Source: an uncultured Eubacteriales bacterium (GTDB lineage: Bacteria; Bacillota; Clostridia; Oscillospirales; Acutalibacteraceae). Taken from it: 64,000 nt of DNA. Shown here piece by piece: positions 8,216 through 17,351 of this stretch. The position numbers and the translations under genes were made by a program. The DNA lies in NCBI GenBank assembly GCA_964557975.1, contig CAZLCG010000003.1:2239-66238 (forward strand). The letters run 5' to 3'. The number at the start of each line of letters is the position of its first letter. Position 1 is the stretch's first letter. The notes beneath the pieces were generated by a model. It was given only the letters and a program-made list of their open reading frames with translations. It did not search any database and was not told the DNA's origin.

Positions 8216-11200
8216 TTACGCTTCTTCCTCGTCTTTATCTTTTTTTCTCTTAAACACAATCAGCAAAATCAAAAATGCAAGAGCTAAAATTCCCGCAACG
8301 ATTGCCCAGAAAACTACGGTGTATGAATAGTAGAAAAGAACAAGAGGTGATGTTGAAACTGTGATTCCGCTTATTTCATACTGTTCGGAAGGATTACCCG
8401 CCAGGTCTTTTGAAGTTATGCTTATGCTTTGCTTATTGCCTTCGGACATTTCAACATTGTAGATATTTCCGCTTATATTTATAACGGACTCGCTCGGAAC
8501 AACTTCGCCGTTAATTGAAACTTCAACCGTATTAACATCGGGATTCGCATCGTTAATTTCAAATTCAACAGTATGACTTTCCGCTTCAACAATTTGATCT
8601 TCGTAAATATTTGATGTAATTACGGGATTTGTTCTGTCAACAGTAAATTTAATAACGCCCGAATCGCTTTTTGTGTTAAGGTTGCTGTTGCCTGCACGGT
8701 CAAAGCTCAATATACTGAATGAATAAACGCCGTCATCGTTAAAATTACCGTTTTCATTGTTCAGAGTATAGAGAGTTTCGTACCATCCTCCCGCTCCTCT
8801 AAGCGTGTTCTTGACATAATTGTCAGCCGAACCTGTTCCCTCCGAAAGCGTAATATAATCTGTTTCAGCGCCGTTATACATAGCAAAAACAGTTTGCTCG
8901 TCAATGTTATCTGATATATCAACCGGATCGACATTTAACTCATGAACAATAATTTCCACCTTGTCATTGGCATATGCGTTATCCAATTCATTCAAAAATA
9001 CATTATCGGTATATTTATCGTTGTAAGTTGTTTCTATCCAGAATGTTGAACCTTCACGGTTGACCGAGAAATTTAATGTTTCTTCGGAAGACGTTGTACC
9101 GTTATCCTGCCCGGAGTTTATGATATTTATGCTGTGATTTGAATAGTCAACAGCACTGCAAATCAACGAATAGAAGCCGTCGACGGACAGGTTTTGTATT
9201 GTGTAAGTGTAAACGGTTTCGCCCTTGTCGTTAATACTGATCGAGGGATCGCCCAAACTGATTTTTATAGTTTCAAGCTCGCCGGCGGCATTTCTTATAA
9301 CCGCCGATAATTCCGGTTTAAACGCGTTCACATCAATATTTTTGTCGGTTACTGAAACATTGAAGCCTATTGTTTCATCATTATTTGCAGATTGATGGTT
9401 AATGCCCGATACGGTGATGACCGGATCCACTGTGTCAATTGTCAGTTGATTTGATTCATATGTCACCATATCGTTTCCTGATCTGTCAGAATAAGCGATT
9501 TTAACAATATAGTCGCCGTCCCCCGTAATTCTGAATGTGCCCGTATGCCGGTCGACGCTGTTGTCAACCCAATTAACCGAAACAGGATAAATTGATCCGT
9601 TATTGGTAACTGTAACTTCAACATCCTGAGAATAAAAGTTAGCCTCATTAATTGAAACGGTCGCATTTATATCCCCTGCATAATATGATATATTATTGAC
9701 GTTTTGAACAGGTTCGTTGAATGTTATCGAGGCAGTCGGTGAGATATTATCAACAATCACTCTCTTGGTATCAGCCTCATAAGTATTATTTTCAGCATAG
9801 TCATACGCTGTAAATTCTACCGTACCGTTAAACTGACTGTTTCGCTCAAGACTGCTTTTAGGAATGGAAAATACCGCTGTAGAGGTTCTTCCGTCTCTCG
9901 TAATTTCGGCTTTGCTGATTGCATCGTTTACCAACTGTGCGTTAACGTCGCTTACACCTGTTGCAGTCAGATAACTGTACATAATGTGATACACACCCGT
10001 AGTGTCATCATCAGCTGAAACTGTAACTTTCATTATGCTGTCATAATAGCCGAATGTTATAGCGTTTATTACGGTTTCAAAAACATTTGAGCTGTATGAA
10101 ACGCTTAAATTTTTCGGTGATGTTTTATCAACCGTAAACAGGTATGCAGGATAGTCGTTAAGGCTGTTGTTTAAATCATCCGTAAATACAAAATTATTTT
10201 TAGCTAAATCCACAAAATCAAAGTCAAATGTATAATTTGCGTCTGATTTAAAGTCAACTTCGATAGTGTGTGTATTTCCTGTGGGATCTGTTGTATCTGT
10301 TTCCCAGTTGTCTTCCTTTTTAAAGTATTCATTATAATTTGTTACATTGTTTCCGAGAATATCCAGAGCTTTTAAAATATCTTCTGTATCAAAATATTCA
10401 GGGGAGAAATTATGCTCTGTTACTTTAATGATAGCTGAACGGTTGGTGTCGTAATATTCACGACCGTCAATCGTATGAACAGGACTGATTGAATCAAACT
10501 CAACACTTACAACAGGCGCGGTTTTGTCGATTGTAATAGGATAGTCTGAATTTGAATAACTAACTTCATTTCCCGATTTGTCGGCATAAGAAATCGAAAG
10601 TGTATAATCGCCCTCTGTTGACAGAGTAAAGCTGCCTACCCACTGATTGGTATCATCTCTTGTCCAATTTTCAACCACATATGATTCCTGTGTTTCAGTT
10701 TCATCATCGCCAAGTATATCAGCAGTGATATTCATATCTATGACATCTTCAGGATACTCGCCGTCCATAAAGTTTTCTTCATTGACTGTTACTGTAACGG
10801 TTACATCATCGGAAAAATAATTTATGCCCTTTGAATTATCTTTTGCCGCATTTGCAGGATCTGAATAGTTTACTGAAATTTCAGGTGCTTCACTATCAAC
10901 AATTATTGTTTTTTCACTTTCCGTTTCTTTTGCTGTTGTATTTCCTGCATTATCGGTTGCACTCGCGGTTACTTTCCCTCTGAACTGCGCAGGAATTTCA
11001 AAACTGTATGTGAACTCGGAAGGATTACTATCGTTTACCTCAAAGCCTTTTTCCTTTGCAACATTTTTATCTTCTATATTCTCTGTCTGAATATCTATAT
11101 CTGTATAATTTCCGTTATACGAATATGTGAAATATTGAAGTCCTGAAGTCATATCAGTTGTTGTGAGTGTAACTGTACATTTCCCTAAGTTTTCCTCATC

Positions 11201-14200
11201 TTTTGAAGGATTAAAGAACCAGAATACTATATTTCTTATTGTTTCAAGAACTGTATGATTTTCTGAATAATCAATAACCACATCACTTGGAGCTTCCGTA
11301 TCTACAACAAAGCTTTCGGGTGAAACTGTGCCGTCTGCATAAATCACCTTGTTTTCGTTGTCGGGATTCATCTCATTTTTGGCATAATCCTTAAAACTGA
11401 TTAAAGCAAAGTCATAAATTGCATCATCCGTATAATCAATTTTATATGTATACGTATTATTTTCTTCTTCCTTATTCCAATTATTTATATCAGTAATTTC
11501 CGCAAGTTTCTCGGTTGCTTTTGTGCTTATCTGTTCGTTTTCATCATTCTCGGTTAAAATACTGTTTGCAATTATGCTGATATTATCTTCCAAATACTCA
11601 GGTGCAAAGTTATGTTCTACTACTGTGATTGTTGCAGTTCTGTTTGCATTAAAGTATGTTTCATTCAATGCTTTTTCCGATACATTATTGTTATCATACT
11701 CAACACTTACAACAGGCGCGGTTTTGTCGATTGTAATAGGATAATCTGAATTTGAATAACTAACTTCATTTCCCGATTTGTCGGCATAAGAAATCGAAAG
11801 TGTATAATCGCCCTCTGTTGACAGAGTAAAGCTGCCTACCCACTGATTGGTATCATCTCTTGTCCAATTTTCAACCACATATGATTCCTGTGTTTCAGTT
11901 TCATCATCGCCAAGTATATCAGCAGTGATATTCATATCTATGACATCTTCAGGATACTCGCCGTCCATAAAGTTTTCTTCATTGACTGTTACTGTAACGG
12001 TTACATCATCGGAAAAATAATTTATGCCCTTTGAATTATCTTCTGCCGCATTTGCAGGCTTTGAATAGCTTACTGAAATTTCAGGTGCTTCACTATCAAC
12101 AACAATGGTCTTATCATCAATTGTGTCATTTGATTTATTGCCTGCATTATCGGTTGCACTAGCGGTTACCTTCCCTCTGAACTGCGCAGGAATTTCAAAA
12201 ATGTATGTGAACTCGGAAGGATTACTATCGTTTACCTTAAAGCCTTTTTCCTTTGCAACATTTTCATCTTCTATATTCTCTGTATGAATATCTGTATAAT
12301 TTCCGTTATACGAATATGTGAAATATTGAAGTCCTGAAGTCATATCAGTTGTTGTGAGTGTAACTGTACATTTCCCTAAGTTTTCCTCATCTTTTGAAGG
12401 ATTAAAGAACCAGAATACTATATTTCTTATTGTTTCAAGAACTGTATGATTTTCTGAATAATCAATAACCACATCACTTGGAGCTTCCTTATCTACAACA
12501 AAGCTATCCGGTGTTTCTGCATCTTTATCATAAATACTGCCTTCATTTTTTTCATTGGTTAAATAATTATTCCCTGCAAAATCCTCAAGCCCATTGAGAG
12601 CAAATGTATAGTTCGCATCATCTGTATACGAAATTACAAGTGTATGCGTATCACCATCGTCACGCCATTGATTTGCTTCTAAATCTTTTTTTGCAGCAGT
12701 ATCACTAATAGTAGTATTTCCTGCAATATCTTTTGCTGTTATCTCTGCACTGAAAGCAGACTTATCAAAATTGTGTTCCTCAACGGTGATGGTTGCAGTT
12801 CTGTTTAAGAAATAGCCTTCGCCTACTCTGTCATCACTTTTTTCATCTCCATAAGTGATTTCTATTTCCGGCGCGGTTGTATCAACAGTAATAAGTTTGG
12901 ATTTATAATCAGCATTATTTCCCGAATAGTCTGTGTATTCAACAATAAGCTTATAATCTGCGTCGTCATTAAATTCTAGTTCAGTAGTATATGAGGTTTT
13001 GTTTGAACTCCATTCAACATAGTCAACTTCATATTCATCACTGTATTTTCTTTCTGCCTGCTGTGCTCCTTCTTCATTTTTCGGCAAATATTCAATATAA
13101 GTTATTTTATCACCTATTGTTTTTTCAACAAGAATACCAACTTCGTGAACCGTTCTATTTTCAACAACATTTCCGTCTTTATCTTTTACGGTCTCAACCT
13201 GACCTTCAAAGAAATTCTCTTCTTCTATTATTATAGTTGCTGATACGGAATTGTTATAATACACCCGCTCGGCAGATGCTAAATCTTCAACTGATTTATT
13301 ATCCTTATCAACATAATTTGCATTGCCTGCCTGAGAGGTATACTCAACTGTTATTTCAGGTACTTTACTATCAACAACAATGGTCTTATCATCAATTGTG
13401 TCATTTGATTTATTGCCTGCTTTATCGGTTGCACTAGCGATTACTTTCTCTCTGAACTGAGGGTCAATTGAGAATGAGGCTTCTGCTGATTTTTCTGATT
13501 CAATAAACTTATATGAGTTACCATCTGATTCTTTATCAATAGTAGTAAAAGTCTTTCCGCCGTCGAGGCTGTACTCAAAGGATTTGATGCCTGACAAATT
13601 ATCGGTTGAAGATAAGGTAACCTTACAAGACGTCTGGTAGAACCAGAATAAATTACTGAGTATTTCTTCAATTACACTGATATTATCACCATCATAATTG
13701 ATTTTTACATCGTTCGGAGCAGTAATATCCATTTTAACAGCAACTGTTTTTTCTTCTGAAATATTACCCGCCTTGTCAACTGCATATATTACATAATTTC
13801 CTTCATAATTATCTTCATTTTTAATTGTAAATTCGTATGTATTTTCAGTCTCATTAAAATTCGCCTTCGAACATTTTGCTTCTAAATATTCTAAAGTTAA
13901 TTCATCAATAGTTAATTCATCAATGCTGTTTTCTTCCGCATAGTAAACAGCCTTAATATCCGAAAGATTGTCTGTAACAGTTCCGCTTACGGTTACATCT
14001 TCGTTTGTCCATTTTACATCCTCTTCAACAGGATCACTAACGCTGACAGTAGGGATTTCATTATCCATATACAAATCTATTGACAGACTACTAATACCTT
14101 CGGCGGCTTTAGCTCCGTTACCCGCATTATCATAAGCGTTTACCGTTAATTGGCCTTCATAACTCCGTGCGAATACGGTAATTTTAAAATTGCCGTTCTC

Positions 14201-16123
14201 ATCAATTTTAAAATTGCCGTTCTCATCAACATCGCTATTTATCGTGCTACCATCTTCAAGAACAGCCTCTACTCTTTCTACGCCCGAATGCTCATCTATC
14301 ACCCTGCCTTCCACAATTACATCTTTATTCGTAAATTCATTTTCATTACAATTACTGCTGAGCGACATAATAACACAATTTGTATTATCCATTTTAACGC
14401 AAAAGCTTGTTTCCGTTTCATTACCTGCTTTATCTGCACAAACGAGATAAATATTACCTTCATATGTCTGCGCATTAATAGAAAGGGTGTATTTACTGTC
14501 ATCTTCATCATATTCTAATGTCGCACCATCAACTGTCGCACCATCAACAGCTTCTTTAATTTCAACGCTTTTAATTCCCGAAAGATTATCGGAAACATAT
14601 CCTTCAATTTTTATACCTTTATTGGTCCAATCCGTAATTTTAAATTCAGCACCATCACTGTCCTTAATCGTTAAACTTTCCTCATTAAATTCAGGCCCGG
14701 TTTTGTCAACAAGAATTTTAACTTTATCTTCTGCAATATTTCCCGAGAAATCAACAGCATAGATATAATAATAATTCGTTTCATTATTCGTTTCATTGCT
14801 TACAATAATTTTATATTTACCGTTTTCGTCCACTTTTGCCGATTCAAGTTTAGAAATGTTTTCTATGGTTACATTTTCAATCTCTTTAACGGAGTAATAC
14901 ACACCGCTGATGCCGGAGATATATTTAACGCCGTTACTTTCCGTACCTTCGTCAATCACAGAAAACTCGACCGTAACATCACTATTTGTATATTCCTCAT
15001 TATCTGTAAGTTCGCTGATTATGGGCGCAGCATTATCCATAGCATATAGATTTGTTTTATCTAAAGTAATGTTTTCTGTATTAAGAGAAAAACCTATAAA
15101 CTGCTCGTAAACTCCGTCAGCATTCCAGTCAAACATATAGTAATTATTAACAGAAGAATAATTATTAAGAACGTCCTCATTAATAAAAGCCCACATGGTT
15201 ATGTAGCGTTCAATGTCTTCCTCTGAATTTATGTCAGAGTCCTGCGCGTTCCAAAAACTCTTTTCATCAGACCACTCATCATAACCGTTATACAGAGTCT
15301 CGTACTTTACAGCTTTAAGTTCATCAACAGACATACCTTCGGGCGCGGTTACCTTAATACCTGCCCACCAGCCGTCCGATGTCCTGCCGATTGAGGCGTC
15401 AGCCTGTGACCATTGAAGGGTCAACTCACCGTTATTTGTAACAGTAACAACATTTCCGGCCGAACCTTCAACTTCCATAACATCTGCGCCTGTAATTGCT
15501 TCAACATTACCGAGGGAACTTGAAGAGTATACCTGCTCGCCGTCCTTATTCAGCGCTACACAATTAGCGTCAATGCTAAAGGAAATTTCTTGCTCATAGA
15601 TTCCGTCATTATCCCAATCGAATTTATAGCAATTATCAATATATTTGTCGTTATATATAGCATAATTAAGCACTTTTTCATTTATAAAAGCCCACATAGT
15701 TATATAGCGTTCAATTTCTTCCTCTGAATTTATGTCAGAGTCCTGCGCATTCCAAAAGCTCTTCTCATCAGACCACTCATCATAACCGTTATACAGAGTC
15801 TCGTACTTTACGGATTTAAGTTCATCAACAGACATACCTTCGGGCGCGGTAATTTTAATTCCTACCCACCAACCATCGGACGATCTGCCGATCGAGGCAT
15901 CAGCGGCCGTCCAGTCAAGGACAATACTGTCGTTATATATAACAGTAATATTACTCTTATCCTCATCATTAACCACCGCGCAGGACGGTTCGGTTATTGC
16001 AGAGACTTGTCCTAAATTAACATCTTCCGCAGCATATGTATTTACAACAGGAAATGATGTAAACAACATAAGTAACGCTAAAGAAACCGTTAAAATCTTA
16101 TGACCTAATTTAAAGTTTTTCAT
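8216..16123 (-). CDS. Giant (2,635 aa) secreted, C-terminally membrane-anchored repeat protein with many Ig-like/adhesin-type modules
   Basis: Signal peptide MKNFKLGHKILTVSLALLMLFTSFPVVNTYA. Recurrent D(K/N)AGN and TAPxxxV module boundaries. C-terminal TM helix followed by KRKKDKDEEEA, with no LPXTG. Large internal DNA repeats. Confidence 0.85.
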   Translation of the reverse strand: MKNFKLGHKILTVSLALLMLFTSFPVVNTYAAEDVNLGQVSAITEPSCAVVNDEDKSNITVIYNDSIVLDWTAADASIGRSSDGWWVGIKITAPEGMSVDELKSVKYETLYNGYDEWSDEKSFWNAQDSDINSEEEIERYITMWAFINEKVLNYAIYNDKYIDNCYKFDWDNDGIYEQEISFSIDANCVALNKDGEQVYSSSSLGNVEAITGADVMEVEGSAGNVVTVTNNGELTLQWSQADASIGRTSDGWWAGIKVTAPEGMSVDELKAVKYETLYNGYDEWSDEKSFWNAQDSDINSEEDIERYITMWAFINEDVLNNYSSVNNYYMFDWNADGVYEQFIGFSLNTENITLDKTNLYAMDNAAPIISELTDNEEYTNSDVTVEFSVIDEGTESNGVKYISGISGVYYSVKEIENVTIENISKLESAKVDENGKYKIIVSNETNNETNYYYIYAVDFSGNIAEDKVKILVDKTGPEFNEESLTIKDSDGAEFKITDWTNKGIKIEGYVSDNLSGIKSVEIKEAVDGATVDGATLEYDEDDSKYTLSINAQTYEGNIYLVCADKAGNETETSFCVKMDNTNCVIMSLSSNCNENEFTNKDVIVEGRVIDEHSGVERVEAVLEDGSTINSDVDENGNFKIDENGNFKITVFARSYEGQLTVNAYDNAGNGAKAAEGISSLSIDLYMDNEIPTVSVSDPVEEDVKWTNEDVTVSGTVTDNLSDIKAVYYAEENSIDELTIDELTLEYLEAKCSKANFNETENTYEFTIKNEDNYEGNYVIYAVDKAGNISEEKTVAVKMDITAPNDVKINYDGDNISVIEEILSNLFWFYQTSCKVTLSSTDNLSGIKSFEYSLDGGKTFTTIDKESDGNSYKFIESEKSAEASFSIDPQFREKVIASATDKAGNKSNDTIDDKTIVVDSKVPEITVEYTSQAGNANYVDKDNKSVEDLASAERVYYNNSVSATIIIEEENFFEGQVETVKDKDGNVVENRTVHEVGILVEKTIGDKITYIEYLPKNEEGAQQAERKYSDEYEVDYVEWSSNKTSYTTELEFNDDADYKLIVEYTDYSGNNADYKSKLITVDTTAPEIEITYGDEKSDDRVGEGYFLNRTATITVEEHNFDKSAFSAEITAKDIAGNTTISDTAAKKDLEANQWRDDGDTHTLVISYTDDANYTFALNGLEDFAGNNYLTNEKNEGSIYDKDAETPDSFVVDKEAPSDVVIDYSENHTVLETIRNIVFWFFNPSKDEENLGKCTVTLTTTDMTSGLQYFTYSYNGNYTDIHTENIEDENVAKEKGFKVNDSNPSEFTYIFEIPAQFRGKVTASATDNAGNKSNDTIDDKTIVVDSEAPEISVSYSKPANAAEDNSKGINYFSDDVTVTVTVNEENFMDGEYPEDVIDMNITADILGDDETETQESYVVENWTRDDTNQWVGSFTLSTEGDYTLSISYADKSGNEVSYSNSDYPITIDKTAPVVSVEYDNNNVSEKALNETYFNANRTATITVVEHNFAPEYLEDNISIIANSILTENDENEQISTKATEKLAEITDINNWNKEEENNTYTYKIDYTDDAIYDFALISFKDYAKNEMNPDNENKVIYADGTVSPESFVVDTEAPSDVVIDYSENHTVLETIRNIVFWFFNPSKDEENLGKCTVTLTTTDMTSGLQYFTYSYNGNYTDIDIQTENIEDKNVAKEKGFEVNDSNPSEFTYSFEIPAQFRGKVTASATDNAGNTTAKETESEKTIIVDSEAPEISVNYSDPANAAKDNSKGINYFSDDVTVTVTVNEENFMDGEYPEDVIDMNITADILGDDETETQESYVVENWTRDDTNQWVGSFTLSTEGDYTLSISYADKSGNEVSYSNSDYPITIDKTAPVVSVEFDSISPVHTIDGREYYDTNRSAIIKVTEHNFSPEYFDTEDILKALDILGNNVTNYNEYFKKEDNWETDTTDPTGNTHTIEVDFKSDANYTFDFDFVDLAKNNFVFTDDLNNSLNDYPAYLFTVDKTSPKNLSVSYSSNVFETVINAITFGYYDSIMKVTVSADDDTTGVYHIMYSYLTATGVSDVNAQLVNDAISKAEITRDGRTSTAVFSIPKSSLERNSQFNGTVEFTAYDYAENNTYEADTKRVIVDNISPTASITFNEPVQNVNNISYYAGDINATVSINEANFYSQDVEVTVTNNGSIYPVSVNWVDNSVDRHTGTFRITGDGDYIVKIAYSDRSGNDMVTYESNQLTIDTVDPVITVSGINHQSANNDETIGFNVSVTDKNIDVNAFKPELSAVIRNAAGELETIKISLGDPSISINDKGETVYTYTIQNLSVDGFYSLICSAVDYSNHSINIINSGQDNGTTSSEETLNFSVNREGSTFWIETTYNDKYTDNVFLNELDNAYANDKVEIIVHELNVDPVDISDNIDEQTVFAMYNGAETDYITLSEGTGSADNYVKNTLRGAGGWYETLYTLNNENGNFNDDGVYSFSILSFDRAGNSNLNTKSDSGVIKFTVDRTNPVITSNIYEDQIVEAESHTVEFEINDANPDVNTVEVSINGEVVPSESVINISGNIYNVEMSEGNKQSISITSKDLAGNPSEQYEISGITVSTSPLVLFYYSYTVVFWAIVAGILALAFLILLIVFKRKKDKDEEEA
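10498..11315. repeat. Copy 1 of a near-identical ~0.8-kb intragenic direct repeat (partner 11698..12506, period ~1.2 kb)
   Basis: Line-by-line comparison shows long identical runs with a few substitutions and one 9-nt indel. Both copies encode ...APSDVVIDYSENHTVLETIRNIVFWFFNPSKDEENLGKCTVTLTTTDMTSGLQYFTYSYNGNYTDI... Confidence 0.85.
11698..12506. repeat. Copy 2 of the ~0.8-kb intragenic direct repeat
   Basis: See copy 1. Confidence 0.85.
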
Positions 16124-16480
16124 TTTTTTCCTCCGTTAAGTTATTATATATATTTGCTATATTTTTTAGCTGTGTTTGAAACAGAATACCTATCTCTGAT
16201 TTGATTCGGCTCCGGTGCTTAATTGATTTGTACCCCATCTCGAAAATACAACAAGAACAGATTGTTTTTTGCCGCATTTATGACAAAACATAATTATGTT
16301 CTAAATTGAGGGAATTAAACAATGCGGCTCTTTCTGATTGAGAATCTGCATCGCCTTTGATTCAACGTTATTATTAACATTTTTCTTCTTTTGGCAACTG
16401 TTATGATGTTTAAACAGTAATAATATTCACATTGATGTTTTGTAAAACTGAAACCAATATATCAAAAGCAACAATAAAAA

Positions 16481-16936
16481 TTATTTACTGTTTTTATAAA
16501 ATGAACTGTTATACATTTTTCCGTTTAAAATACAGTGCATACAAAATGAAAATGAAAATAATGAAATCAAAACATAACAAAAATATCCCGTCGCATCCGT
16601 AAATATAAGCATAATTATGAATAAAACCAAACTAATAACAAAAATCAAATCAAAAATTGCGGCAAGCTTGTTTTTAAAAAAAGATATCGCACCAAAAAAT
16701 TTACAATCAGTTAATTTTCTGTTATTTGATTTTTTTTTGTAAAATGAATACAATATTATTTGCAAAACGCATCCCGAAATTAACGGAAGCCAAAATAAAG
16801 TACCCGTTAACACTTTAAACAAACTCATATTCTTTTCAATATTGTTTCCTATCGGCATTATTAAAAAATCACACGCCATTAAAAGAAAACATATAACGGA
16901 AATCAATAAAATAATTCTCTTTTTTTGTGCAGTCAT
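16481..16936 (-). CDS. Small polytopic membrane protein (about 4 TM), unknown family
   Basis: Hydrophobic segments throughout. The start directly abuts the upstream stop. Confidence 0.5.
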   Translation of the reverse strand: MTAQKKRIILLISVICFLLMACDFLIMPIGNNIEKNMSLFKVLTGTLFWLPLISGCVLQIILYSFYKKKSNNRKLTDCKFFGAISFFKNKLAAIFDLIFVISLVLFIIMLIFTDATGYFCYVLISLFSFSFCMHCILNGKMYNSSFYKNSK

Positions 16937-17341
16937 CTATATCACCTCGTTGGTACAAACAAAAGTAATATCTTTTTCAATAATAAAATCCGAATTAATT
17001 GCTTTCGCTTTATTTTTTAAAACAACAGTCTCTGATTTGTTTACGCTTGTTTGATTACCGCCGTTTTCGTCCGTCAATGTCTTTATCCTGATGCTCTGTG
17101 AAGGTGTTTTTCTCGGCTTTGCTTTTCTTTCCAAATCTTCAAAAACATTAATTTTATTCCTGCTGTCAGCATTATTTCTTCGCATAGCACGAATTTCATC
17201 AATCTGCTTTTGCTCCAAGGTGCCGTGAGAATCTTTCCATAATGTAGGTATTTTATAAGCAATAAACATCGTTACCGATGTAATAAAAAAGCAAACCGCA
17301 AGAATAACACTTACTATACCCAATGTCAATAAATTTTGCAT
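16937..17341 (-). CDS. Single-pass membrane protein (N-terminal TM, basic/polar tail), unknown family
   Basis: LTLGIVSVILAVCFFITSVTMFIAY followed by a charged tail. It lies 10 nt downstream of the kinase gene. Confidence 0.5.
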   Translation of the reverse strand: MQNLLTLGIVSVILAVCFFITSVTMFIAYKIPTLWKDSHGTLEQKQIDEIRAMRRNNADSRNKINVFEDLERKAKPRKTPSQSIRIKTLTDENGGNQTSVNKSETVVLKNKAKAINSDFIIEKDITFVCTNEVI

Positions 17342-17351
17342 TTATATACCT

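Noticed and set aside
16271-16327. An 8-bp inverted repeat (GCCGCATT/AATGCGGC) in the 357-nt region upstream of the giant gene, considered as a second invertible promoter.
   Set aside because: The arms are too short, there is no flanking similarity, and it bears no relation to the 29-bp IR sequence. It is probably a chance match or a simple RNA hairpin.
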